A stretch of 63,197 nucleotides of DNA, the filler included, from Octopus bimaculoides (taxonomy: Eukaryota), in assembly GCF_001194135.2 (NCBI RefSeq). It is 11 parts of 8 records of this genome, joined end to end, with 100 filler letters (N's around TTAATTAATTAA, not from the genome) between each part and the next. Parts side by side here need not be neighbours in the genome. Positions count along the whole stretch, not along the records: positions 6,701 to 12,839 come from NC_068988.1; positions 12,940 to 24,485 come from NC_069008.1; 9 more parts are not named here. The stretch is one strand, 5' to 3'. The notes under the pieces were generated by a model. The model was not told where the DNA came from. It saw nothing but the letters and a program-made list of their open reading frames with translations, and made no database searches. The position numbers were made by a program, and so were the translations under genes. This document shows, in pieces, positions 11,315 through 23,695 of this stretch. Position 1 is the first letter of the stretch. Each line of letters opens with the position of its first letter.

Positions 11315-12375
11315 TCTTTCTCTTTTTAATTTAAAATATATTTTGACTGGCCACCTACTTGGTAGCAAGGTTGTGAAGGAAAGCATCTTGTTTTATTCAT
11401 CATCCTTTAAATCTTAAGATTTTATAGGTTTTTATGTCCCAGATATCATGAATTAAGGATTTGTGCTCTCTCCCTTAGAACCCAATTTCAGCCATACTTT
11501 GTTCCAAACTGGTTTTGTATGGATCCTGTGGCTCCAATAATAATAGGTATGAGGCTGAAAGTGTGTCTGGGATAGTGGATTTTCAAACTCCTTATGAATG
11601 GTCCATAGATGTTCACTTTCTCACATATTTTTCTAACCACACTGGTGTCTTGTAGGCCGCTGATTTCCAAAATCTGTTCCACCAATATTATTTTGAACTA
11701 TCAGTCTCAATATAGTCAACTTTGTCAGTAGGTGTTTTCTGTTTTTGTTATCTTGTTTGAAACTATTCTGGCCACTGCATCATGCCTCATGGAAAGACAA
11801 TATCTAAAAGACTTTCTTTCACAGTAGACCAGTTTTGGTCTTGGACAGACTACATTTGTTGTCTGTCAATGCTTTCTCCTTTTATGCTGTTGGCACTTAG
11901 TATGGATCTCTTGTTCTTGAATTGCATCAAGGCAGCATTCAAAGCAGGATGTCATAAACTTGTTGGTACTCCATGTCATGATCAATCTATTCTATAGTTT
12001 GTGTTTTTTTTGTGCCAAATACTCATGTACTTTCTTCTCAGTGGACTGGTTCATTTCTTATTTTGTTCTTCTGATAAATAGATTTTACCAATGCTCCATG
12101 GAGAGAAAGCTCTTATTTCATACTTCTCAAGTTCATTAGCTATCCTATTTATGTTGTTGATTTCATGGTCACAAACTTGGATGAGATAGTTACTGGTCTC
12201 TTTCCTCTGCTGCAGATGTTGTTTCAGTGTCACAATATGTGCTTTATATGACATCCGTACAGATTTGAAACTGTAGTCACCATCCTTGCAACAGAAGTAT
12301 AGCTTGTTTATGTCTCCATTGAAGTTGAAGCTTCCTGTAATACTGATTAGCTTGCGAGTTTGAACATTTGTCTCA
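11315..12375 (-). mobile_element. Degenerate 5'-truncated R4/Dong-like LINE (CATA family 2)
   Basis: Peptides KAHIVTLKQHLQQRKETSNYLIQVCDHE, HDAVARIV and IPIIIGATG are homologous to the thumb/RLE region of the 28-30 kb element. (TATG)n on both sides. Confidence 0.8.
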
Positions 12376-13635
12376 TTGAATCCTTGTATGTATGTATGTA
12401 TGTATGTATGTATGTATGTATGTATGTATGTATGTATGTATGTATGTGTCTGTGTATGTGTGTGTATGTGTGGCGTGCGTGTGTATGTATGTATGCATGT
12501 ACATGTGTGTATATATATATATATCTAGGTATGCATGTATGTATGTACATGTATATTTGTATATATGAACAGTTATTTCTTTATGTGTTTCCATATGATG
12601 TGAATAAATATGTCTGTGTGTATTTGTGTAACATTGCTATATAAATGGGTGAGCATATGTACTTGTTGGCATTTTTGTAGTTATACTCATATGTATGATT
12701 ATGTGTGGGTGTGTGATTGTGTGTGTGTGTGTGTGTATGTGTGTGTATGTGTGTGTGTGTACTTTATATATGTATGTATGTGTGTATGTGTTTGCATGTA
12801 CATATATGTAAATATATCAATATCTATATCCACCAGTGTNNNNNNNNNNNNNNNNNNNNNNNNNNNNNNNNNNNNNNNNNNNNTTAATTAATTAANNNNN
12901 NNNNNNNNNNNNNNNNNNNNNNNNNNNNNNNNNNNNNNNGTGGTGGTGGTGGTGGTGGTGGTGGTGGTGATGATGATGTTGATGAGAGTGATGATAACAA
13001 TGAGGTCTAGGCTCGCCGTGTTCTACTCTTCGACCTGAATGATTGCGGGCCTCCGATTGTGGTGATTGTTGAATCGAATGAAATTAGGAAAGAAAAGAAA
13101 GAAAGACAGAAGGAAAGAATGGCAAATTAGCACTGATAACCCAGATTACAATTAATGAATCAATAGATATCTATAATCTATAATCTCCTCACTCACACAC
13201 ACACACTCACACACACACGCACACATGTGTGTATCTGTCATTTATTTATCTCTTGTTCTTATGTAATACCATCAAGCACCACTACACAATGGTGGCGGTG
13301 GGGGGGGGTTTATTTCTGGGCCATCCCATTGTCATCATCATCATCATCATCATCATCGTCATCGCTGCTCGTTTGTCGTTGTTGTTCCAATTTCATCAGG
13401 TTTTAAAAAAATGAATGACTTCAGCTGTGAAATTAATTTGAAAAGATTTTCAAAAATAGTTTTTCAAAGTTTGTTGAACTTTCGTTGTTTAACTTTGATC
13501 GTGTTATTCCTGTTGTTGTTCTTGCTGCTCTTGTCTCTGATGTGTGTGTGTGTGTGTGTGTGGGGGGGGGGTATGCAGAAATGTGTAATAAAGACTTAGT
13601 GCAAGCATGTATACAAACTGTGTGTAGATGTATAT

Positions 13636-13835
13636 AGACAATGTTTCGATGTATATAAAGAATGTATACAGAAAGTGTATAGATATATATAAACAGTGCG
13701 TAGATGTGTATATATTGTGTGTAAATGTAGAAAGACAATGTTTCGATGTATATAAAAAATGTATACAGAAAGTGTATAGATATATATAAACAGTGCGTAG
13801 ATGTGTATATATTGTGTGTAAATGTAGAAAGACTG
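13636..13835. repeat. Two-copy 97-bp tandem repeat
   Basis: AGACAATGTTTCGATG starts at 13636 and 13733; copies are nearly identical. Confidence 0.85.
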
Positions 13836-13871
13836 TGTACAGATGTATATATATATATATATATGTGTATA

Positions 13872-13915
<44 letters not shown>

Positions 13916-14781
13916 NNNNNNNNNNNNNNNNNNNNNNNNNNNNNNNNNNNNNNNNNNNNNNNNNNNNNNNNNNNNNNNNNNNNNNNNNNNNNNNNNNNNN
14001 NNNNNNNNNNNNNNNNNNNNNNNNNNNNNNNNNNNNNNNNNNNNNNNNNNNNNNNNNNNNNNNNNNNNNNNNNNNNNNNNNNNNNNNNNNNNNNNNNNNN
14101 NNNNNNNNNNNNNNNNNNNNNNNNNNNNNNNNNNNNNNNNNNNNNNNNNNNNNNNNNNNNNNNNNNNNNNNNNNNNNNNNNNNNNNNNNNNNNNNNNNNN
14201 NNNNNNNNNNNNNNNNNNNNNNNNNNNNNNNNNNNNNNNNNNNNNNNNNNNNNNNNNNNNNNNNNNNNNNNNNNNNNNNNNNNNNNNNNNNNNNNNNNNN
14301 NNNNNNNNNNNNNNNNNNNNNNNNNNNNNNNNNNNNNNNNNNNNNNNNNNNNNNNNNNNNNNNNNNNNNNNNNNNNNNNNNNNNNNNNNNNNNNNNNNNN
14401 NNNNNNNNNNNNNNNNNNNNNNNNNNNNNNNNNNNNNNNNNNNNNNNNNNNNNNNNNNNNNNNNNNNNNNNNNNNNNNNNNNNNNNNNNNNNNNNNNNNN
14501 NNNNNNNNNNNNNNNNNNNNNNNNNNNNNNNNNNNNNNNNNNNNNNNNNNNNNNNNNNNNNNNNNNNNNNNNNNNNNNNNNNNNNNNNNNNNNNNNNNNN
14601 NNNNNNNNNNNNNNNNNNNNNNNNNNNNNNNNNNNNNNNNNNNNNNNNNNNNNNNNNNNNNNNNNNNNNNNNNNNNNNNNNNNNNNNNNNNNNNNNNNNN
14701 NNNNNNNNNNNNNNNNNNNNNNNNNNNNNNNNNNNNNNNNNNNNNNNNNNNNNNNNNNNNNNNNNNNNNNNNNNNNNNNNN

Positions 14782-14845
<64 letters not shown>

Positions 14846-15502
14846 CATAGATGTATATATTGACACAATATACAGCTGTATACATACAGTGCACAGATGT
14901 CTACAGACACTGTGTGTAGGCGTATATAGACTGTAGAAATATATATAAATACATTACATGACTCCATGTAAGAGAGACATATAGTGTGGACGTATATAGT
15001 GTACAAGTGTATATAAACAAAAAGTGTATATAGACTCAGTGCATAGATGTGCAAAAATACAATGGATAGATATTTAGATATAAAGACAAGCAGGATGTAT
15101 ACAGTAATAGAGTACAGCTGTATATAGACACAGTGTTGAGATGTACATAGACAGTTAATGTGAATATACACCCAGTATATATATATAGACAGGTTGTATA
15201 TACATACTGAGTACAGGTGTATATAGATTCAGTGATTGGTGCCTTTAGACATCTGAGGGATTTCAACTTGAACATAAAGGGCTGTGAGTAATCACCACAA
15301 GGTATTTTGTCTGATGCTCAACCGAACTGTAACCGACCAGTGCCAGTAGCTTGTAAAAAGCAGCTTTCGAGTGTTGGGCCCCACGGAGGTAATGACAAAT
15401 GGCTAAGACTTTTGGCATTATGCCATGCTTGAGAAGAAGACCAAGCGAAACCAAGTGAAATCGCAGTCATGGGTTCCTTCTAACCCGTGCGGGCATCGTA
15501 AA

Positions 15503-15527
15503 ATGATGATGATGATGATGATGATGA

Positions 15528-15615
<88 letters not shown>

Positions 15616-15616
15616 A
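15503..15616. repeat. Compound (GAT)n(GAC)n microsatellite
   Basis: Directly visible; about 29 GAC units. Confidence 0.95.
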
Positions 15617-15959
15617 ATGATTATGGCGATGATGAGGATGTTGGTGATGATCTACGAAGCTTTAAGGAAACGAAACCTTCTCCTTAACGAAAAGAAAAGG
15701 TGACAGAGAAATTAAAGTGGGGAGAAAAGAGCAACAATGAATTGAGATGAGGATTCTCAGAAAGTGTTGAGAGAAGACGGATTGGTTTAGCAATGGCGAT
15801 GGTGGACAGGGATTCACTATAGTTCCGTTACAGTTAACATGTTAAACGAGTTGGCAGATATGATCCATGGACCCTTAGAGAGAAGGGATCGGCAAAGCAG
15901 TGAATAGTGATCCCTGGGACTTCATGTGGATGTCCAAGAGGATTTTAGTTGAAAAATTT

Positions 15960-16235
15960 GATTCCAGAACTTATTCTTTGTAAGCCTGGTACTTATTCTA
16001 TCGGTCTCTTTGCTGAACTGCTAAGCTACGGGGACGTAAACACACCAACACCGGTTGTCAAGTGATGATGCGGGGACAAACACGAACACAAAGGTACACA
16101 CACACACACATATACGACGGGTTTCTTTCAGTTTCCGTCAGCCAAATCCACTCACAAGGCTTTGGTCGGCCCGAAGCTATAGTAGAAGACACTTGCCCAA
16201 GGTTCCACGCAGTCGGACTGAACCCAAGACCTCAC
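15960..16235 (-). mobile_element. CORE-like composite SINE (family A), head truncated
   Basis: Reverse complement of the family A core and 3' half. Confidence 0.8.
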
Positions 16236-16899
16236 GGCCACGCTATTTAAAAAATTTTCATGTTAGGGGGTCAATAAGGGGGATCCATGGTATAAAAAAA
16301 ATTGCCGATTCTACCCTTGAGGAAAAGAACCAACTCCATAACAAACAGCAAGGATGCCAGAAAAACTGAAGAAAGGGCAGTTAAGAGAATAACTATTGAC
16401 AAGGGGATTAAAAGAAACTGCAAGATGAACTGGTTTGATGAAGGGTTGGGGTCCCCTGCTTTCGATTTTAAAGGCATTAAAATGGCTTAAATTGCAAATA
16501 AACATCACTGAAATGAAACTCACAGCTAGAGGGAGACCCAGTCGGAAATAATAAAATAAAATTTTAATTTTGAGTTAAAAGCAGTTCTATAAAGTAAAGA
16601 ATATCGATCTCACATATTCAGTGTATGTGTGTTGTAAAACGCTTTTAGGCCGCAGTATTTCGTTCAGGGAAAGTCTTTTTAAAGATGTTGAAAAACACAG
16701 CATATTTCAAAGTTAGGCGAAATGAATCGTCCCGCAGCTGAACGAGAACGACAGATATCGATATTTCGCTGTTAATTCACCTCATCGGTGTTGTGCGTTC
16801 GATTTCGCGTAAGTCTTTAAAAGGACTTTGCCTGAACGAAACACCACAGATTAAGAGTGTTTCAGAAAACATACATTAAGAATGTGACATCGATAATAA

Positions 16900-17615
16900 T
16901 AATGAATTAGAGGGAGGTGTTGGGTCCAAGGCGATAGCTTACCACCCCGACTGCTTGTCATTGTTGTTTGCTCTGGCTCAGAATTCTCGCAAGTATACTC
17001 AGCCACATACAGTCATTTCTTATTGACTGCATAGAAACGCTAATTATAGCTGTTCGGGAACAATCCATTAAGATGAATTTGATAAAGGCAAAGATTAATA
17101 AAACCAAACCAGCAAGCAAACTCAGAGTCTGTGGAAACGGAGCTGAAAGTATTAACCATCTCCTTAGTGAGCGCAATAAGCTAGCACAAAACGAGTATAA
17201 ACGCAGATGCGGCCGCATTGGGATGTTAACCGAGTTTGCTCCCTCAAAGTGATAGAAAAGTAGTATGGACACAAGTTAGAGATTGTGATAAAAAATAAGA
17301 ATGACAGGGTTTTATGGGGGTTCCTTATAACAACTGACAGCTCTACTTTCTATTGAAGCAAGAAGATCAGACATGATTAGAGAGGACAAAATAAACAGTG
17401 TAGGATCATGAAGATTTGCAATTCCCTATGATAAACGAATCGATAGCAAAGAAATTGAAATTATTTTTGCAGGATTTGATGCTTTTGGCACAACATTCAA
17501 AATATTATCTAAAAGATTGACAGAGATTGGAATTGAGACCTGGTTGTCGACCTTGAGTAAAGTGCAATCCTATATTCTGCAACAATCACAAGAAAGATTC
17601 TTGTGATTCTCAAAA
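16900..17615 (+). mobile_element. Degenerate R4/Dong-like LINE 3' region (CCHC knuckle plus RLE), followed by (TAA)n
   Basis: IETLIIAVREQSIKMNLIKAKINKTKPASKLRVCGNGAESINHLLSERNKLAQNEYKRR resembles the ETEgLIiAAQEQ...KCRLC...ETInHIiSEC.kLAq.EYKRRH motif. Downstream AIPYDKRIDSKEIE. Confidence 0.85.
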
Positions 17616-17662
17616 TAAAAATTCTCGCTCATCAAAGTAGCATGTAACTGCTTTCTAATAAC

Positions 17663-17700
<38 letters not shown>

Positions 17701-17885
17701 CAACAACAACAACAAGGTCATGCGCTGTTAGTCTTGATATGAGATCACCATGTCGCGCACATGTGGTTGTAATGCATGTGCCTGTTGTACCCTTATTAGA
17801 TGGTTAGTCATGAGGGGTATATATTGGGTTTCCTATGATTGTACCCTAGTGTCACTTTGATGGCATGCGCTGCTCTCTCACACAA

Positions 17886-17932
<47 letters not shown>

Positions 17933-17955
17933 ATAATAATAATAATAATAATAAT

Positions 17956-18156
17956 GTTTCTCTAAAAGAAATGGAGAAACTTTCAAAATACAAAGACCTG
18001 GAAATAGAGGTAACTCGAATGTGGAATCTAAAAACAGAAACAATTCCTATCATAGTAGGTGCCTTAGGTATGATAAAAGAATATTCAGACAAATACATAA
18101 CAAAAACACCAGGACTTACAAATATATATAACATACAGAAAATTGCACTACTGGGT
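17956..18156 (+). mobile_element. R4/Dong-like LINE RLE C-terminus (TAA family), starting right after (CTA)n(TAA)n
   Basis: VSLKEMEKLSKYKDLEIEVTRMWNLKTETIPIIVGALG...IQKIALLG; homologous copy at 43355-43632 (-). Confidence 0.9.
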
Positions 18157-18658
18157 NNNNNNNNNNNNNNNNNNNNNNNNNNNNNNNNNNNNNNNNNNNN
18201 NNNNNNNNNNNNNNNNNNNNNNNNNNNNNNNNNNNNNNNNNNNNNNNNNNNNNNNNNNNNNNNNNNNNNNNNNNNNNNNNNNNNNNNNNNNNNNNNNNNN
18301 NNNNNNNNNNNNNNNNNNNNNNNNNNNNNNNNNNNNNNNNNNNNNNNNNNNNNNNNNNNNNNNNNNNNNNNNNNNNNNNNNNNNNNNNNNNNNNNNNNNN
18401 NNNNNNNNNNNNNNNNNNNNNNNNNNNNNNNNNNNNNNNNNNNNNNNNNNNNNNNNNNNNNNNNNNNNNNNNNNNNNNNNNNNNNNNNNNNNNNNNNNNN
18501 NNNNNNNNNNNNNNNNNNNNNNNNNNNNNNNNNNNNNNNNNNNNNNNNNNNNNNNNNNNNNNNNNNNNNNNNNNNNNNNNNNNNNNNNNNNNNNNNNNNN
18601 NNNNNNNNNNNNNNNNNNNNNNNNNNNNNNNNNNNNNNNNNNNNNNNNNNNNNNNNNN

Positions 18659-18708
<50 letters not shown>

Positions 18709-18710
<2 letters not shown>

Positions 18711-19115
18711 AAGGAAACGGTGGAGCCTCCTCCACCTCCTCCACCCCCTCCACCCCCTCCACCTCATGGGCTGATTAATAATGATACATCTAGTGATGGT
18801 GTCGCAATAAAAACACAGGTAATTGCGCAACCTGATAATTGCTACCTCAAATGAGTGACAATGAAAAACAAAAATATTGTGAATAATGGTGCTAATGAAA
18901 CTGGAGCCAATGAGAGTGACAGCGTTCCACCCGGCAGGCTCAGAGGTTCTGGTCTGGCTCCAACCTGTCGATATCCAGAAAGGGACCACCACACACGGCG
19001 TAGATGGAGCAAGCAAATTAATGCTGCGGTCATGGAGTGTTACTCCCTGAGCAACCCGGTAGTGGAAAATGGTGCTCAAATTAGGGGTTACCGACAACGT
19101 ATGTATGATCATTGT
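18709..19115 (+). mobile_element. 5' end / ORF N-terminus of R4/Dong-like LINE (TAA family), 3'-truncated
   Basis: RRRWSKQINAAVMECYSLSNP...RGYRQRMYD is the RxxWT..N..vMeCY...GYR.RM N-terminal motif. Homologous to 42800-43075 (-). Confidence 0.8.
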
Positions 19116-19201
19116 GGATAAGGTTACAGGTAGTAACCCGCTACCCTCATAGATTCTACGATGGCCAAGACCGAACTTGAACCAAACCAAAATATTAATA
19201 A

Positions 19202-19930
19202 TCTTACTATAATGGGCGTTCTGACCGTCTGTCTGTCTGTTCCGTCTTCACGGTCAAATGGCTGGACCAAAGGTCACGATGCTTTTCGGGATTACGAAGG
19301 AGGTAATCAGGCAGGTTTTTAGCGGGGGAAAATGTGAGAAAGTATGATTATTTCGTGGATATTGGGGGTAATTGTTCAGTTTACGGGGTACAAAAAAGTA
19401 AATAAAAATTAAGGGGGAGATAACTAATAAAAGAAGCGAAGGGAAGTAAGTCAACTTACTTCACTGAATTACGCCATATGAGAAAATTTTAGTTTAGGAT
19501 AGCTTTATTAAAGAATGATTGTAATGGGTTTGGCTGATCTTTTAATTGGTGTATGGACAAATTACCCAGATTGAGTTTTGTATTAATAAATCACCTTTGA
19601 TTTTTTTTTTGTTAAAATTTCGCCGACGAGGATTAACTCTGAATTTCCTGCTCCCTCCCCCGTATTGTTCGTGAATTCAGAGGGTTTAGATTTGCGATAC
19701 TATCCCTTTATTTCCCATCGTAAGTGGCCAGATCCCTAAAGATTCTGCTCGCACATTCACAGCAAACAAAGCACAGGGCCAAACTTTAGATCGTTTACGT
19801 GTCTTGTCCTTTAACTCACTCCGACGTTTACATATGTGGTTATGAGTAGAACAACGGACTCCAGTAATTTGAAAATTATTGTTGACCAGACAGAAAATTT
19901 CGTCTACAAAGAAGTTTTGCAATCATTGAT
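19202..19930 (+). mobile_element. Helitron-like element: putative 5' TC end and PIF1-type helicase C-terminal remnant (19720-19929)
   Basis: TANKAQGQTLDR and TYVVMSR...LKII...NFVYKEVL match the Helitron helicase motifs TINKAQGQTL, LYVAlSR and NiVYkEvl. a|TCTTACTATAATGGGCG..(GTCT)n start. 3' hairpin-CTRR end not found. Confidence 0.7.
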
Positions 19931-20339
19931 ATTATCGATAGGAATAGGATTCATAATTTAAATAAGGAAATTTATGAACTTTGAATGTATAAGAGTATAA
20001 ACAAAGCATAGAATAGTGTAAACAACTAAAATAAAAAATATATCGAAATAACATTTTTTCTTAATTCTTTTATTTTGTGGCCGAAGGAAACTCTAGCTTT
20101 CGTTAAGAGTGGTCCACATAACCATTCAGGATACAGAGGCTGGGAGCCTTTTTCAGTTGGGGAGTGAATCGTCATCACATGTCACTTAGTCGCAAACACA
20201 TGTCATATAACTGCAACAGGATGCTGTATCACCAACAACAATGTGATGTCTCTAAGACATCACCCAGTAATCTCTCAGGTCCATTTACACATTTCTTAAT
20301 ACATACTGCTGTTATGACGGCCTTCGAGTAAACAACTCA

Positions 20340-20695
20340 AGTATTGTCAGTTCTTTTACTTGGACTGCGGCCATCCTGGGGCACCGTCTTGAAGGGTTTA
20401 AGTCAAATAAATTGACTCCAGCACTTATATTTTTTGAAGTCCTGTACTTTATCTATCAACCTCTTTTGCCAGGCCCGTAAGTCAGAGGGACGTAAACAAA
20501 CCAGCACCAGTTGTTAAGCGGTGGAAAGAACCCCCACCCCGCATATATACACACGACAGTTATCTACCAAATTAATTCACAAGGCATTGGACAATCCAAG
20601 CGTACACTAGAGAACAATTGTTCAAGTAACTGCACCCTGAGATTGAACCTGAAGCTATGTGGTTGGGAAGTGAACTGCTCCACTCCACATATCCA
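20340..20695 (-). mobile_element. Diverged CORE-like composite SINE (family A)
   Basis: Both halves are recognisable in reverse complement. Confidence 0.65.
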
Positions 20696-20922
20696 TGTAT
20701 TTATTAACCATTGAGGCAGGCAATGCCTTTTGTAGACTCCTTTGTGCCACAATTTGCTTGCGTTGAAAACTGAAAGAAGCGAGTTACACTGCCCTCTCCA
20801 CCCGCATTTTGCACTGATCATTCTCTCCATTAAGCCTCCTTCACCACTGCCGTACGTCTCTCACTCTCCTCATTCACTAAACCTGCCTCTTTTCACACTC
20901 TCTTTCACCCTACCTAACCACA

Positions 20923-20968
<46 letters not shown>

Positions 20969-21444
20969 TCTCTCTCTCTCCGTCAACCGTCCCAAGTCTA
21001 CTGTATCATTATTATTATTCCGCTATTCTTCAACCCTTCTTTATCCTGTGCTTTCAGTCATCACCTACTCTCTTCTACCTTACTTAATTCATATGCATCA
21101 TTCGTCACTCCTCCCCTTATCCATCACTCACTGTATAACCTCCCGTCCCAACTCGATCTCTACAGTTGTCACCTACTCTTCCCTACTTCCCCTACTTATC
21201 CGCTCAGCACTTGTTCTTCATTAATTATATTCACCCCCTCACCCATACCACACATCTCCCTGTCCCGTACACCCTTGAAACTTCCACCAACCACCCACGC
21301 ACACTACCTGTTTTCTCCTCTTCCCACCCCCTTTTACTCACTTCGTCTTACCGTGGGGACCTACAAAGATAATTCATTACCACTATTCTATACTCTCCAG
21401 TTCCACCCCGATCATCCACCTTATCTTCTAAAACAGGAATAGCC

Positions 21445-21765
21445 CTATGAACCCCTCCTCTATAGCAGGGAACCCGTTCTGCTCTGGGTCCTTTCTCGTA
21501 TACGTTTACCCCTCATCTCTTGGCATAACCCCCTCCCACTCTGGGATCCATTGTCTTACAAACTACGTGGTGACTTCACCAGTGCTGGTTGGCATGAGCA
21601 AAGGGCCCCCGGCGCTAGGGAAGGGCGTTCAGCCGCAGAAACCCTGTTAAAGCAAACCTTGGAGCACAAAGCAGTCCTTGAACCCATCAGATCCTGTGAA
21701 ACCGTCCAATTCCATGACAGCAAGGAAAATAGATATTTAAGAGATGACCATGATGATGATGATGG
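21445..21765 (+). mobile_element. Diverged relative of family C repeat with (GAT)n tail, preceded by a C/T-rich tract (20730-21430)
   Basis: GGGAAGGGCGTTCAGCCGCAGAAAC resembles the family C core GGAAGGGCATCCAGCTGTAGAAAC. Confidence 0.45.
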
Positions 21766-22609
21766 TNNNNNNNNNNNNNNNNNNNNNNNNNNNNNNNNNN
21801 NNNNNNNNNNNNNNNNNNNNNNNNNNNNNNNNNNNNNNNNNNNNGATAATGGTGAATGGAATTCTTCTGTGCAAAGCAAAAAAAAAACAAATTAAAAATA
21901 AAATTTTGAAAAAACAAAATAAAACAAAGCATTGTGTGTAAAGTTTGCTGCACTGAGGGAGAGAGAGAGAGAGATGAATTAGAACGAAAAAGAGAGAGTG
22001 AGAGAGAAAGAGAGAAAATACAAGACAGCGAGAGAGAAAGAGAGAGAACGTGTGAGTTATGAATCACTTCGTAAAATAAGTATTGTTTTGTTTCTTTATC
22101 TGTGACAAAAGCGAAAGATAAAGAGACGATAATTAATCTCAATGAAGAAGTTTGTTGGAGATGAGACGAGATTAAAGTGGAATTCAGTCAATAATTATTA
22201 ATTTAAATCAGAGAGAAAACGGCTTCAAGTTAGACATTGAACTGAAAAGAGAAAACAATGTAATTCGTTGGATGGCGTAAGCGGGAGAAACTTAATACGA
22301 AGTGGTTGCTTCGTCACTGATTTAATGACTGTTGAATGTTGATAGCAGGACTCACAGTTCACAGAAGTTTGCTCTTGTTACTCCAACCCTCATCTTTACC
22401 AAAGAAAATAATTAGGTTTTTGTACGATGTTATTGAGAAACTGGCAACAATAGAAGAGGCCGTTATGTGACTCATTCCAATCCCAGAAATATTGCGTATT
22501 TAATAAATGGAACTGGTGTCAGAAACTGGTTCCAAGTAGAGATACAAACGCTTAGATGTCCGGCCTTGAAACTGGAAGACATACAGAGAATTAGTTAAAG
22601 TTATAAATA

Positions 22610-23185
22610 GTACCACAGATTTGACAGGGTAACTCAACATTAATAACACATATAATAAACTACCTGGGGTATCACAGATTTAACTGGGTACTTCACCATT
22701 TATAACGCATCTAATATTCTAGCTGGGGTACCACAAATTTAACTGGGTACCCTACCATTTATAACTCATTTAATATTCTAGCCGGAATACCTCAAATTTA
22801 ATGGACACTTCGGAGTACCATAAATTCAACTGGGTACCTCACCATTCATAAAGCAGCTAATATTGTACCTGGGGTACCACAAATTTAACTGGGTACCTTA
22901 CCATTTATAACGCATCTAATATTCTACCTGGAGTACCACAAATTTAACTGGGTACCTCACCGTTTATAATGCCTCTAATATTCTATCTGAAGAACCACAC
23001 ATTTAACTGGGTACCTCTTATTTATAACGCATCTAATATTCTAGCTGGAGTACCACAAATTTAATGGACACTTCGCTATTAATAATAGAACTTATGCTAT
23101 AATCTGGGGTACCACAAATTTAACTGGGTACCTTACTATTTATAACACGTATAATAATATACCCCGAAGTACTCCAAATTTATTC
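22610..23185. repeat. ~59-bp minisatellite, ~8-9 diverged copies
   Basis: Unit approximately CTAGCTGGGGTACCACAAATTTAACTGGGTACCTCACCATTTATAACGCATCTAATATT. More decayed units at 23480-23590. Confidence 0.9.
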
Positions 23186-23695
23186 CTGTGCTGGTCCTGT
23201 GTATCACCAGATATACAGGACATAATTCCCTCGCATCCATGCATCATATTTTTTTTCTCTAAGTTTCATTCCAAGGACTGCGGCCATGTGGAGCACCACG
23301 ATACACATCCCAATTATTTCCCAACCATGAGAATAACTTAGGACTTATGAATAAAAAAAAAATGCTTAAGTTTACTCAGAACGTACGAAACTAAGGCTAA
23401 CTATTTATGCCTGGAAACAAGCATGGACGTTAAGGACAAACTTATGAATGTGATTTGAAGAGGCGGAGGGTTAACAAACAACCTTACCATTAATAACATA
23501 TATCATACTATACCGTGGCGTACCACGAATATGACAGGGTAAGTTACCATTAATAATAGATCTAACGTTAGAACCTGAGACATCACAAATAACAATTTCT
23601 TTATCGAATGATGTTTTTATTTCCTAGAACATATTTTAGTATGTATATATGTATATATGTGTATGTGTGTGCTTATATATGTATGCATGTATGTA

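Noticed and set aside
16503-16550. ITEMKLTARGR resembling T-box GTEMIITKSGR
   Set aside because: The match is weak, there is no splice donor after GR, a stop follows within five codons, and upstream residues do not match LW..F.
20085-20100. CTAG as Helitron 3' terminus
   Set aside because: No GC-rich hairpin 10-15 nt upstream, and it is not followed by T.
22610-23185. CRISPR-like array
   Set aside because: The whole 59-bp unit repeats with no unique spacers, the context is eukaryotic and there are no cas genes; it is a minisatellite.
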